Shown here one piece after another: positions 13,200 through 25,900 of a DNA stretch of 64,000 bases. The translations under genes and the position numbers were made by a program. Each line of letters opens with the position of its first letter. The stretch's first letter is position 1. Under the pieces are notes generated by a model, which saw only the letters and a program-made list of their open reading frames with translations, searched no databases and was not told where the DNA came from. Origin of the DNA: Epiperipatus broadwayi (taxonomy: Eukaryota > Animalia > Onychophora); contig JAQFVV010000003.1 of the NCBI GenBank assembly GCA_028023455.1, positions 26,598,001-26,662,000 of the forward strand, given 5' to 3'.

Positions 13200-14960
13200 G
13201 TATTGTTTTATCAGTTACATTAGGTCCATGATTATGTCTATGCTGTTTTTGAAATAGACAACTTTATTGTATTTGGTGCTGTTTCATCAGCACTTTTATT
13301 ATACATTCTTATACAGCCAATATTATAATCTAATTAACAAACATCAGAAATTTGTGCTATAAAATTGCTTTGGAAAGTCATTTAGTGACTGATTCATTAA
13401 TTAACTTTACTATAGAATTAAATCAAATTGAATAAAAACAACATAATTTTGCACTCAAGTGGCAAAAACCCACAGAATGAACTTGTTAATCATTATCTCT
13501 TTTAACCATTATATTATTGCATAAATAATGATATCTAGTATTTTATAATTGAAAAAAATAAAATAATAAATAAGTAGATAACATGAAAAGTGAATAAAGA
13601 CATAAAAAGCAAAACTCAAGAATTATGATATAACAATCAAAATTGTTAGAAATTCAATAAATATTTAAATAAATAAATTATGTGACATAACAGTTATACA
13701 GTATGGATAAAAACATACTTTCTACTATTTTATATATACTACCTTATATAATTTTCTATTCATATTTAATTGACCAATTAGTAATTAAATTTATTAATAT
13801 TTTTTATATATTCATACAGTTATCTTTGTAATGCTTAATATAATTTGTTTTATATTATTTATCTTCTTTTTTGGAACTTGAATGTAATTTAAAAGTCTAA
13901 TATTTTTTATATAATTTATTTTTATGTCCATATGTTAATATTGAATGTTTAAAGCAGATTTATAATCACTTCTATAAACTACATTATTATATGTTTTTTT
14001 GGCTCTTTCCTCTAATTGTTTCCTAGTATGTCCATAGTAAATAATGTTATAATTGTCACAGTTAATTTTATATATAATTTTTTATATCTTTTATTTTATA
14101 ATTACATATTAATTTTTTTAACTTTTTACTATTTGAACTTCCAATATTTATATCTTTATCAATGTACATTTTGTTTTTATTAATATTCATAAATTTTAGG
14201 ATAATATGAAAGTTTGTTCTATTTTTTACTAGAATTATTGTTACTATTATAATTATAATCATTTTGCATAGAACTTATTATTTAATATAGATTTTTACAA
14301 TTAAAAAGTATTTGTTAATATTTTTAGAGCTATATCCATAATATTTATGCAATTCAATAAATTGTTTCATTTGTAGATTAGCCACATTTTTATCTGTAAT
14401 ATATTTATCATTTTTTTATATTTAAAATTTTTAATAACTGCCATATTCTGTGTCCATGATTGTTGTGAATCTACAGGAATTATTTTCCTAATTTATCTTC
14501 TTTAAAGAAATGTTTTAATATAATTCTGTTATTATATTTGTGAATTTCTACATCTAAATACTTAATTTTATTTTCAAATTCTACTTATTTAAATTTAATG
14601 TTATATATATTATTATTAAAATAAGTATAAATATTATTCATAGCTCTTGTATTACCAATTGCTAAAATATCATCTATATACCTAGAATAATGTATTAATT
14701 TGTGGCTTATTATTTTATTTTTAATTATAATGTTTACTAATTCATTTATAAATATTGAGGAGCAATAACCCATCCTTTATATATACAGTATTTCAAATTT
14801 TATTAGTGTATTTAAAATATAAACTATTATGTATTAATATGAAACTTTCTTCTATAATGTTTATTATATTTATATGTTGGTGTAAATTTTGTAGTACTAT
14901 TTGTATACTTTTAACTCTTGGAAAATACTTTGATACATTTTTTCTTTATCTGATTGCAAA
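13200..14960 (-). mobile_element. 5'-truncated degenerate Penelope-like element (RT C-half, GIY-YIG, 3' UTR/pLTR)
   Basis: ORF 14585-14773 contains MG...SSIFINEL...YSRYIDDILAIG (PLE RT motifs). Reverse-complement homologous to 16270-17285. 3' non-coding part is homologous to 21900-22430. Confidence 0.85.
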
Positions 14961-15479
14961 ATTATTTTAGTTTCTATTCAATTTAAATTATTTAACTTAT
15001 TTTAAACAATATGAAATAGAATAAAACCCAAAATATTTTTACACTGCATACAGTAAAATTGTATCCAAATATTACAAGAATTACAAATATACAAATATTA
15101 AAATAAAATTTACATGAATATAGAAATTCAGTTCATTTCTTTAGGTGCTAAACAACAGCATATAGTTAAGTACAGTTTGAACATTAATATAGCATAGGGA
15201 ATAAAATAATGCATATAACAGAATAATAAAAAGAAGTAATAAATGAAGAATTAAATATATATGTAAAATAAATTTAAATGAAACAACAATGATGTTTAGA
15301 TTTAAGAATATTGCAAAATTGCTTGTAGTCTAAATTGAAATGGTTATTATTACTAAAATCTGAATGTATAAAAAATGGAGAAAATTTTCACAACATTGAA
15401 ATGGCAAGCTTGAATGAAACAGAGAAAAGCAGGCAGAGTATCATGCTTATAAGACCTAATTATAATAATTGCAATTATT

Positions 15480-15900
15480 TCAGATAGAATAACTTGTTGA
15501 TTAATGATTTTATAAAGATATTTAAGATCTCTATATTTCCATTTGGAAAAAAAGAACTTTATTTTCCAGAGAAACGTATTTGGAGAACATATTAGACACT
15601 AATTGTGTACATTCTTGTTTAGAGTTAGGATTCCAAATGAATGAACAATGTTCAATGATAGGAAAAAAACAATGACAAAATTTTGAATTTTATGTCATCA
15701 CTGAAATGATATTCATGCCTAACAATGGCACTCATGATTTTAAAAGCTTTTCCAATGATCATTTGTAAATGAGGAAGTAAGGATCCAATAGTAGAAAATA
15801 AAACTCCTATGTCTTTTTGGGATTCAACAGAAATAATTTTGTGAGAATTAATAAAATAACAAAAATGTAAAACTTTCAGATTTCTTAGAATATGAAACAA
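15480..15900 (-). mobile_element. CR1/L2-group LINE fragment (post-RT region)
   Basis: Peptides SVESQKDIGVLF...HLQMIIGKAFKIMSAIVR and HCSFIWNP match the KDLGV.F....H...I..KA.K....I.R / Y.S.IW.P signature. Confidence 0.65.
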
Positions 15901-16269
15901 GGGAACAATTATTAAAATTAATTGCTATATTATTTAGCTCACACCAAGCATTAAAGTTATCAATACCTTTCTGAAGAAGAGTGCAGTCAATCATTGCTGA
16001 GATTCTTTCTAAAAAAAATTACAGCCATTAGCATAGCACAAAAGATAAGAAGATTTTAGACAATCTTTAAAGTCATTAATGTAAATGTTAAAAAACATGG
16101 ATGCTAAAATACTACCCTGAGGAACACCTAAATTACATTCAAAATTAAATGAAATATTATTAAAATTAAATGAAATATTATTACTGAATTTGATATATAC
16201 TGTATGAGTACAAAGAAAGAATTGAAATCAATAAATTAGTTTAGTGGAAAACCTATTTTATGTAATTTG

Positions 16270-17285
16270 TAAATGAGAATGACATGATCTACTTTATAAA
16301 TATAATAAATATTGTAGAAAAAGGATTAAAATTAATTCATAATAATTTATATTTTAAAAACAATAATGAATTTTGAAATATACAAAAAGGATGAGTTATG
16401 GTTTGTGCAATTAGTGTGTTAATATCTTCAATATTTATAAATGAATTAGAAAGTATTATAGTTTAAAAAAATAAGTCATGAAGTTATACATTATTGTAGA
16501 TAATATTTGATAATTGGTAATAAAAGAACTATAAATAATATTTATAATGATTTTAATAGTAATATACACAATATTAAATTTATAAAAGTAGAATTTGAAG
16601 ATAAAATTAAATATTTAGGTGAAGAAATTCACATACGTAATGATAACAAAATTATATTAATACATTTTGTTAAAGAAGATAAATCATGAAAAATAATCCC
16701 TATAGATTCACAACAAGCATGGACATAAAAGATGACAGTTATTAAAAATTTTAAATATAAAAATGATAAAAATAATACAGATAATAATGTAGCTAATTTA
16801 TAATTGAAGGATATAAATATAAATATTATCCTAAAAATATAAAAAATATACTTTTTAACTGTAAAAAATCTATATTAAATAATATTTCTATGCAAAATGA
16901 TTATAATTATAATAATACATTAATAAAAGACAAAAAATACATTGATGCAGATATAAATGTTGGATGGTTAAATAATAAAACTCCAGAAAAATTAATATGT
17001 AATTGTAAAAAAAAAAATGATATAAAAAAGGAATCCTACATAAAATTAATTGTGACAATTGGAATATGATTTATTACAAGCATACAGGAAAATAATTAGA
17101 TGAAAGGGGCAAAGAACATAGTGCAATTAATGGAAGAATTGATAAAGCTGCTTTATACATGCACTACTTAACATGTGGACATAAAATAGATTGTATAAGA
17201 AATATTAAAATTTTAAATTATGTTAAGCATAACAAAGATAATTATATGAATATATAGAGGACTATCATGTAGGTAACAAAATTTT
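16270..17285 (+). mobile_element. 5'-truncated degenerate Penelope-like element (RT C-half plus GIY-YIG endonuclease)
   Basis: About 17030-17220 translates GILHKINCDNWNMIYYKHTGK*LDERGKEHSAINGRIDKAALYMHYLTCGHKID..IKIL, matching the PLE GIY-YIG pattern G.VYKI.C..C...YIGQTG..L..R.KEH...SAL..H....GH.ID. RT motif remnants at 16385-16520. Confidence 0.85.
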
Positions 17286-19177
17286 AGTGTCCCTAGTCTC
17301 ATGAATAGAACTGGCCTGAGTGTAGTTGTTAGCACTTGACTTTGCATTTATCAAGGCCCCAGACCTACATAATCTATGTCTTTTGCAAAAAATCAAAACA
17401 TTTTATCACATACTAAGTGGAACTGTTTTCTTTTTTTGCTAAACTCTATAATTTGTAAGTTTTACAATAAAATTATCTACCAAATAATACAATTATAGAA
17501 GCATTAATTATACAGTAATGCTGATTTTTCTGGTGCTTTTTTAATCTCAAAATTTCACAATGTTCTGGTCATTTTAATGTGAAATCAGCTTCTTAGCATT
17601 TTTATGTATTGGATCAGAATTCACAAAAAATAAAATTAAAATGATGTTATTAATGGATCCATAATAAAACATTAAATAATATATATATTGCATTATATGT
17701 ATTTTATTTTCCCAAATTTTGATTCAAAATCATATTTATAATAAGTAATTATTTATACATTATAAATACCAATTTGCGTAATTTTAATATATCTATATTT
17801 GCATATAATTTTTTTTTTTAATATTTAAATGCTTTTATAATGTGAAAAAGATCCTTCTCCCCAAGAAATAAAGTTAGTTAATTAAAACAAAATGATTTCT
17901 ATATAATTTTGTTTAACAAAAGACACAATAGAATATTAAAAAAATATAATTATTTACACTTTTACCTTTTTAACTATTTTACATATTAACTCTCCTGACT
18001 TCAGTGGCCACAATATGATAAATAATCAGTTTTAACTAGGTCTATTCTAGTCAACCTATTAATTAGTTTAAAATAACTCTTGATTTTACTTTGTGTCATT
18101 CAGAATCATAGTAACAGAATATTTGTGTGTGTTTATTATTTCAGTTTAAAAACTTGGTCATGGTATATAATCATGTATTTAGGAATTTTAAGAATTTATC
18201 TTAGATTTATTTAAGGGAAGAAATTTTCACACATACATTATTTATTCAATAAATTTTTAGAAGCCATTATACCATGCCTTGCACTTTTTTTGTTTAATCA
18301 TAAATTATAATAAGTATTTAAAAAATCAAACAATTTCTTTCTTCCACTAGAATAGATAAATAATTTTGTAGGCATTTTCCCAATTGAGCTGTTACAAATG
18401 AAGTTGTATAGATGTTACAATAATGTCATTTAATGAAATGTACACAATAGTATCTTTTTTAAAAATTGTTATTAATTCCATTTGTAATAACTTGATAAAA
18501 ATACATATTTTAAAAATCCAACCTCTCACAAATAACTTGTTTACATTTTCTATTAACAAAAATAACTTCTCTTGTTTTTGTTCAATAATAAAATATTTAC
18601 ACTATTTTATTATTTTTAATGCTTATTAATAATAACTAAGTTATATTATATATATTATACTTTATTATACAGTTTGACAATTAGGAATTTAGCCAGGATT
18701 TATTTAAGGGAGGAATTTTAAATTTTCATACTTAGATTGTTTAGTTCAATAAATTTTTAGAAGCCATTAAAACCCTTTTCATTTTATTTTGTTTATTCAT
18801 AGGGTATATTGGATAATTATAAAATAAAATAAAAATCAAACCCTTGGATTGCTCTACTAGATATATTTTTAGACTGTGTCAATAGTGCATTCATGTAGGG
18901 TTTTATTATAGTAGGAAATTTATTAAGAATTAAATATTTTGGCATGCAATATCTTTTTAAAAATTATGTTTTTTACTCATTCTGTTTTGCTTTTATTTGT
19001 ATTATGGGATGGGTTATGGATCTATTACAAATTTTTAGTTAAAGAACAAGTAAAAGGCTAATACTGCACTTTAAAAAAAGATAATATCAAAAATAGGAAA
19101 AACTATTGAATAAAATATGTAAAAAGATAATGTGACATAATTTAAAAAAAGATGCATTGCTATTAAAAATACAGTGC

Positions 19178-21177
19178 TGATTTAGAGTCCATTCACCACC
19201 ATTTTGAATTCTAAGGACTACCCAAAACCACTGCTGACACATCTAAATGATAAATGACATCAAATAATCCACATGGGATCACTTGGATGTGTCAGCAGTC
19301 ATTTTTGGGCAATCCTTAGGATTCAAAATGGTGTGAGTGCAGTCTAAATAGTAAACATTTATAACTTCTAAAATATGAATTACACTTATGACAGAGAAAA
19401 GCACAAAGTATGTGGGAAGGGAGAAGTATGTTTTTGACAATATGAAGTATTGTCCAAAAGTTGCAGAAGTTTGATCAAATGAAGCTTATAATTTCCAAAT
19501 ACTAAAAGGTTATAACTTCTATAATACAAATTATATTACAATATATGCCCATAAGCACATGTTGGAATAATGTAAAATTGATCATACCAAGCCTTTAATT
19601 TCAAAAAAGTAAAAGCTTTTACATTCTAAAATATGAATTATATTACAATATATGCCCATAAGCACATGTTGAAATAAAGTAAAATTGATCTTACCAAGCA
19701 TATAATTTTGAAAAAGTAAATGCTTATATGTTCTAAAATATGAATTCTATTACAATATATGCCCATAACCATATCAAATAAAGCATATTAATTTTACTAG
19801 CATATAATTTTTAAAATACAAATTTAAAATACTTAAACAGGAAAAATGAAAAAAAATAATGGACTTGTATATTAATTTAAAAACCACATGTTCAATAAAC
19901 ATAAAATTGATCAACTAGGCTTCTAAAATATGAATTTTATTAAAATACAGGCCTATAATGACATGCTGAAATAATGTAAATGTTGAATAAACATAGCTTA
20001 TAATTTTGAAATACTAAAAGGTTCTAAAATATGAATTTTATTAAAATATAGCCTATAACCACATGTTGAAAAATGTAAATGTTGAATAAACATTAGAACA
20101 ACTGCCAAAGCATATTAATTCTACAATTAATAATAAATCACATTTTATCTTAACATTAGTCAAAAGAATAATTGTCTAAAAAAAGAATATTAATTTTACA
20201 ATTAATAAAAAATTAATAAATCAGATTTTTTCTTACCTAAGCAAGTAATATTGTGTACTTAATTTTTCACATGTCATTATTAGCTGATGGATAATAAAAA
20301 TCTAAATGAGGGAGATTTATTCATTAAACTTCTCAAAGACGATAATGCTACTACTGATGGTGAAAAGTTAGGGTTTATCTTATTAAAATCCAAGATTATT
20401 TCAAACGTAAAACAGGTATTGGATTTTAAATAAAATAAACCCTAACCTTTTTACTGTTGATAGGTAGCACTATTATCTTCAAAAAATTTAATGAATAATT
20501 CTCTTTCATTTAGTTTTTTTTATCCATCTACCAGCAAATAACCACATGAGAAATTAAGCTCACAACATTACTCACTTTGGTAAGAATAAATTTGATTTAT
20601 TAATTGTAAAATTAATCATCTTTAGACAATTATTTTTTTAACTAATGTTAAGATAAAATTTGATTTATTATTAATTGTAGAATATGCTTCGGCAATTGTT
20701 TCTATGTTTATTCAATATTTATGTTATTTTAACATGTGGTTATAGGCCTATGTTGTAATAAAATTTCTATTTTAGAAGCTTCTAGTATTCCGAAATTATA
20801 AACTTGGTTTGATCAACTTTATGTTTATTGAAATGTGGTTTTTAATTAATATATGTGATCACTATTTTTTTTCCTTCATTTTTTCTGTTTAAGTATTTTA
20901 AATTCATATGCTAGAAATTATAAGCTTTTAGTATTTTGAAATTTGTTTGTTACTTCCATTTTTAATAATTTGTATATTTTAGTCATGCAATTTGATCAAG
21001 CATAGTTATACAAAATTTTCACTTTAATTTTTTAATTATTGATGTTAATTGTGATTTTGTAATGAATGGTAATATCATGACCATGTGTGGATTATTCAAT
21101 GTTATTTACTTGGATGTGTTAATGATGGTTTGGGGCAGTCTTTAGATTTCAAAATGGTCATAGCACACTCTAAATCA
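19178..21177. mobile_element. Foldback-like element: ~110-bp terminal inverted repeats, internal 107-bp tandem array and ~1.15-kb palindrome
   Basis: tgatttagag...accattttgaattctaaggac at 19178 mirrors ...gatttcaaaatggtc...ctctaaatca at 21177. 19790-20390 mirrors 20420-20950 (centre ~20405). Absent from the right arm of the surrounding repeat. Confidence 0.7.
19480..19790. repeat. ~107-bp tandem repeat, about 3 copies (further degenerate copies to ~20090)
   Basis: aattatattacaatatatgcccataa recurs at ~19529, ~19637 and ~19743. Confidence 0.85.
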
Positions 21178-21899
21178 ATACCAACAATATTTTACAAGAG
21201 ACCCCAGCAGAATTGATCCTGCAATAACACATTTCAGAGTTGGACATTATCACTACTCTAAACTGAATAAGACACAGGATCTGTGTAAAATATCATTGAT
21301 AAATTTAATTTGATCACATGAAGAATTACTGTAATTATGAGGCAACATTTAATAAGTTATTAATAGTAATGTGTTATTTTTTATATAAATTGAGATATTT
21401 AAATAAAAGTGATTAGGAAATGTAAACATTTTCATTTGCATATGATAAAAGGGCATTAGCATGTTTTCTTTTGTGTAATGGCAGAGTGTATATATGTAGC
21501 ATATTTTGAGACCTAAGCAATTGTCATATCATGTCTAAGTAAAGTTCTAACAATAAAATGATTCAGAAATCTAAACACTTGCATATAAGTTTTATTAATT
21601 ATCACAACAAAATGGTGTTGTCCTGTTCAGTTTAGTGCTGTGATAAGAGTATATATGTATATATTTCGAGCTCAAGCCTCAAAATTCAAGGATCAAACTA
21701 AGTTTGAATAAAGAAATATTTCATTCATATTTAAATAAAAAATATTTACATTCAAAATGCATTTCTAATAATGAAATGATTTGAAAATATAAAAATTTAA
21801 TTTACATGTAAATTTTATTAATTATCTTGTCATCTTGGCATCTCCATGATGAAGCACCTTTGTTCCCTGCACACCCACACACAGAGGCCCTGAATAAAT

Positions 21900-22430
21900 A
21901 TAAAATTTCAATAAATTTAATTAATAACTCATCAATTCAAAATGAATGGGAAATTATATATTGTTAGTATATATAAAATAGTATGAAGAATGTTTTTATC
22001 CATGTTGTATAATTCTTTTCTTATAATTAATTAATTTCAACCTTTATTGAATTTCTAACAATTTGGGTTGCTATATCATAATTCTGGAATTTTGTTTATA
22101 TATTTTTTACTTCTTTTTTTTTTACTTTTCAATTTATTTTATCCATTTATTTATTTTTTTCTATTATAAAACAGTAGATGTTTCTATTTATGTAATAATA
22201 TATTAACAGATAAAACAGATGTTTACCATCAATAAGAGCATAAAAAATTATGTTTGAAAAAGACTTGTATAATTATAAATATTTATTTTTTTGTAATCAC
22301 TGTTATATATTATTTCTTTATTATAAAATTATATGGAAAACAACATAATGGATTTTCTTTATTTTCAGTTTTTATCATATAATAATACAATGAAGCCACA
22401 ATATTCACTATATCAATATGCAATTTTTCA
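21900..22430 (+). mobile_element. Isolated Penelope-like element 3' UTR/pLTR fragment
   Basis: Collinear with the reverse complement of 13200-13800 (tatatataaaatagta..gtttttatccat..tttattgaatttctaacaattt..tatcataattct). Confidence 0.7.
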
Positions 22431-23349
22431 ATTATGATATCCAAAAAAAAAAAAAAAAAATGTAAATAAATAAAAACAAAAAACATGAAAATGTATATAT
22501 TTAGTAAATTTTACCTGTATCATGAACAGATTTGCCAACAATTATTTTTTTCATCTTGATCTCATTAAATATAATACAATTTTGTTTATAAATTAAGTTT
22601 TTTTCATGTTAAATAAGTTTAAAACACAGACATTTTTTCTTCCCTTTTTTTTCTTCCAAAAGATTTATATAATACAGTATTTAATTTAATAAAACATTTT
22701 CTGAATGTATTTAAGTTAATCATGTTGCTTAGAAATGGGCTATGTGTCCAAAAATGATGAATTAATGAAAAAGAGAACAGTATATTCATCTAACTTGGTT
22801 ATTTGTGCTTCTGAAATGACTAAAGTTATAGCATTAAAAGATACATTTTTGATAAAACCTTGAATTTATGGATAGAAATTATGAACTGTTAAACATTTTT
22901 GTGTAATTAAGTTACATTACACACGGTAAATATATGCATAGCATGAATATGTTCTCTCAATTTATTATTAGTAAGTATATATATATATACATAGAAAAAA
23001 AGCATGTGTTATATACATATGTTTGTTGAAAAGTATTACACAGTAATCAATGTGTGTTAAGAAAACTTGGAATAAAATGTATTGGATATTATGATTCCAT
23101 TAATGCTTTTGTAGTTCTGACCTTTATCATTTAGGTATAAGTTCATCTAGTGAGCAAAAACCATAAAATCAATGTATTAATAATAATCATTTAATTAATT
23201 ACTCAGGAGATAATGAGCATTTAATATTGCTTAAACCAAACTAAGTTTTTCTTTATTTATGCTAACTTAGTTGAGAATTTACCCTAGGCTATTTAATTCT
23301 GAGATTATTATTTTTCCATTATGTAATCACACAGGTTAACAGTACAACT

Positions 23350-24000
23350 GACTACCTGTTGATGAGATTTCCAACTTTTTTATAATAATTATTCTCGTGT
23401 TTAAATCTACACCGCAACTCTGACATTAACGTTGTAGGCGTCTGCAAATAATTTTTTTTTAAAAAAAAAAACTTAATCACTGCGTTTTATTCTTAAACAT
23501 AACCATTATATATATTTTATAGAAGAGGGGAATTGATAAAGCAAATTAATGACTATGATAAGTTGTCATTTTCCTGAAAAGCTGTTTTATTACATATATA
23601 GATAAAATTTGAAAGTGAACAAATCATTCCCTAGGAAACACTTCAAAAACGAAAATAATATTTATATTGTCTATGAAATTGCCAGAATTTTATTCTATTT
23701 AATTTGCTTTTTTTTTTTTTTTTTTTAAATGTGCTACTATTTATTTCTATTTTTGTTTTCATTTTATCACGTATTATATTTATTTTACTAATTATATGGG
23801 AAGTAATTATCTTATTAATTTTCAATTGTTTATTTCTAATAACATTGGTTATCATAATAGTTTCTGGTCATTTCTTTTATAAATTATACTTTTCTTTCTT
23901 TGTCGTTAAATATGATTAATACTTCGGTTTATAATATAGTTAATAATTACAAATATCTCCTGTATATTTATTTTTCTCGTTTCTGTGCATAATAAACATA
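23350..24000. promoter_or_regulatory. CpG-retaining, promoter-like patch; possible first exon of a minus-strand transcript
   Basis: About ten CpGs in a background almost lacking them. Minus-strand donor CAG|GTAGTC near 23360; downstream minus exon candidate MKKIIVGKSVHDT ending CAG|GTAAAA near 22515. Confidence 0.35.
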
Positions 24001-24269
24001 TGTAATATAAATAAAATGTCTGTTAATTAAAACAAATTTTTTTATTTTATTATAATTGCATATACATATGTGTATATATATTAGGTTCTTTTCCCAAAGA
24101 CAAGTCATTGTAATTAGATATTAAGATACTGTGACCTAATGAAAATATTTGATTATCATCATTGATATTTGGTGTCGTTCACCATTTCCTTAACACAATA
24201 TATTTTAATACCTCAGTATTTAGAGATGATGTCAAAAACTTTAATTAGCTTCTTATATCATAAGGATTC

Positions 24270-25900
24270 ATATTTTTTATTAATATGTACAGAGACGCTG
24301 TGTGCTGGTTATGTGGGGCACAACGGCGCTTCATCATGGGGATGCCAAGATACCAAGATAATAAATAAAATTTAAACACAAATAAAAATGTTTACATTTT
24401 CAAATCATTTCATCGTAAGAAATACATTGAGTGTACATATTTTTTATTTAAATATAAGAGAAATATTTTTTTTTGCTTAAACTTATTTGTGACAATTACC
24501 CAAGCCTAGAATTTCTCGGTAGGAGCTCGAAATACTCTACAGATATACTCTTAACATTACAATAAACTGAATAGGTTGTTGCTATTTTGTCATGATAATT
24601 AATAAAACTTACAAGTAAATGTTTAGATTTTCGAACACTTATAAATATTTATTATTTAAATACAATCATTAAAAACCAGTCAACACTTAGACAATCCCAA
24701 TATCAATAACAATCAACAATTTCTAACTGTTGACAAAGCAACCTCCTTTTAACAATAAATATAAGGGGAATATTTCTTTACTTAAACTTATTGTGACAAT
24801 TGCTTACCTCTAAATATATTTCATATATACTCTACCATTGCATAAAACTGAATAGACCAATGGGCTTTTCTCAGTATAATTAATAAAATTTATAAGTAGA
24901 TGAAATTGTTTAGATTTTCCAATCATTTTTATTTAAATATCTTAATTTATATAAAAAGTAACATATTATTATTAATAGTAATAATAACAAGTCATATGTC
25001 ACGCTCTTAATTTTACATATTATTATTAATAATTTATTAAAAAATATTGTCTCACTATTACAGTAATTCTGCTTATGGTCATATTATATTTATCAATAAT
25101 ATTTTACCAGATTTAAATGTATTGTTCAGTTTGTAGTATTCATAGAATAGCCACCTCTGAAATGTGAGGCTGGGATCGATGCTGTGTTATGCCAAGTTTT
25201 TTTTAGTAATGTTATCTTTCTTTTTTTTTTTTTATTATGCCACTTATCTTTTTGCAAATTTTATTAAATAACTTTTCTTATTTTTAATAACAACATCTTT
25301 TTTTTTAGATGCCATACTATCTTTTTATACATTTTTCTAAACAGATTTTGATTTTCCTTGGATGCATTTTTTTGCTAAAAACTCATAACTGATCCACAAT
25401 CCATACTATGGTCCAAATCTAAGGAAAACAGAATGAGTAAAAAACATACTTTTTAAAAATATATTATTGCATGCCAAAATATTTAATTCTTAACAAATTT
25501 CATGGTAATGGTATTATTTCATTCAAACCCTTACATGTTTGCACTATTGACAAAGTCTAAATAAATGTATCTAATAGAACAAACCAAGTGTTTGATTTTT
25601 TTTATTTATAGTTATCTGATATAATCTATAATTAATCAAAATAAAGTGCAAGGTAATTTAATTGTTTTTAAAAATGTACTGAATAAACAATCTAAGTATG
25701 AAAATTTAAAATTTCTTTCCTTAAATAAATCCTGGCTAAATCCTTAATTGTCAAACTATATAATAAAGTGTAATACAGTAATTGTAAATATTTTATTATT
25801 GAATGAAAACAAATGAAAGTATTTTTACTATAATAAATCATCTATTTTTATTTATTTATTTTTGTTAATAGAAAATATAAACAAGTTTTGTGTCTGAGAA
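24270..25900. repeat. Right arm of the giant inverted repeat
   Basis: Reverse complement of 21200-21905 joined directly to the reverse complement of 18520-19175. Contains degenerate internal tandem subrepeats (24470 vs 24780). Confidence 0.85.

Larger units (their letters stand above)
18520..21905. repeat. Left arm of a giant inverted repeat (interrupted by a 2-kb foldback insert)
   Basis: 18520-19175 is the reverse complement of 25190-25900 (e.g. agtttgacaatta..gccaggatttatttaagg); 21200-21905 is the reverse complement of 24270-25180. Confidence 0.85.

Noticed and set aside
17305-17380. tRNA-derived SINE head-like sequence (ggcctgagtgtagttgttagcac...)
   Set aside because: Only an A-box-like motif; no intact B box or cloverleaf; single copy in the window.
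23643-23919. Overlapping ORFs on both strands
   Set aside because: Low-complexity AT-rich sequence giving I/F/K/N-biased peptides.
24290-24345. Hammerhead-like ccatgatgaagc...acagcgtc at the inner ends of the giant inverted repeat arms
   Set aside because: CUGA and GAAA are both absent and the two arm copies disagree.
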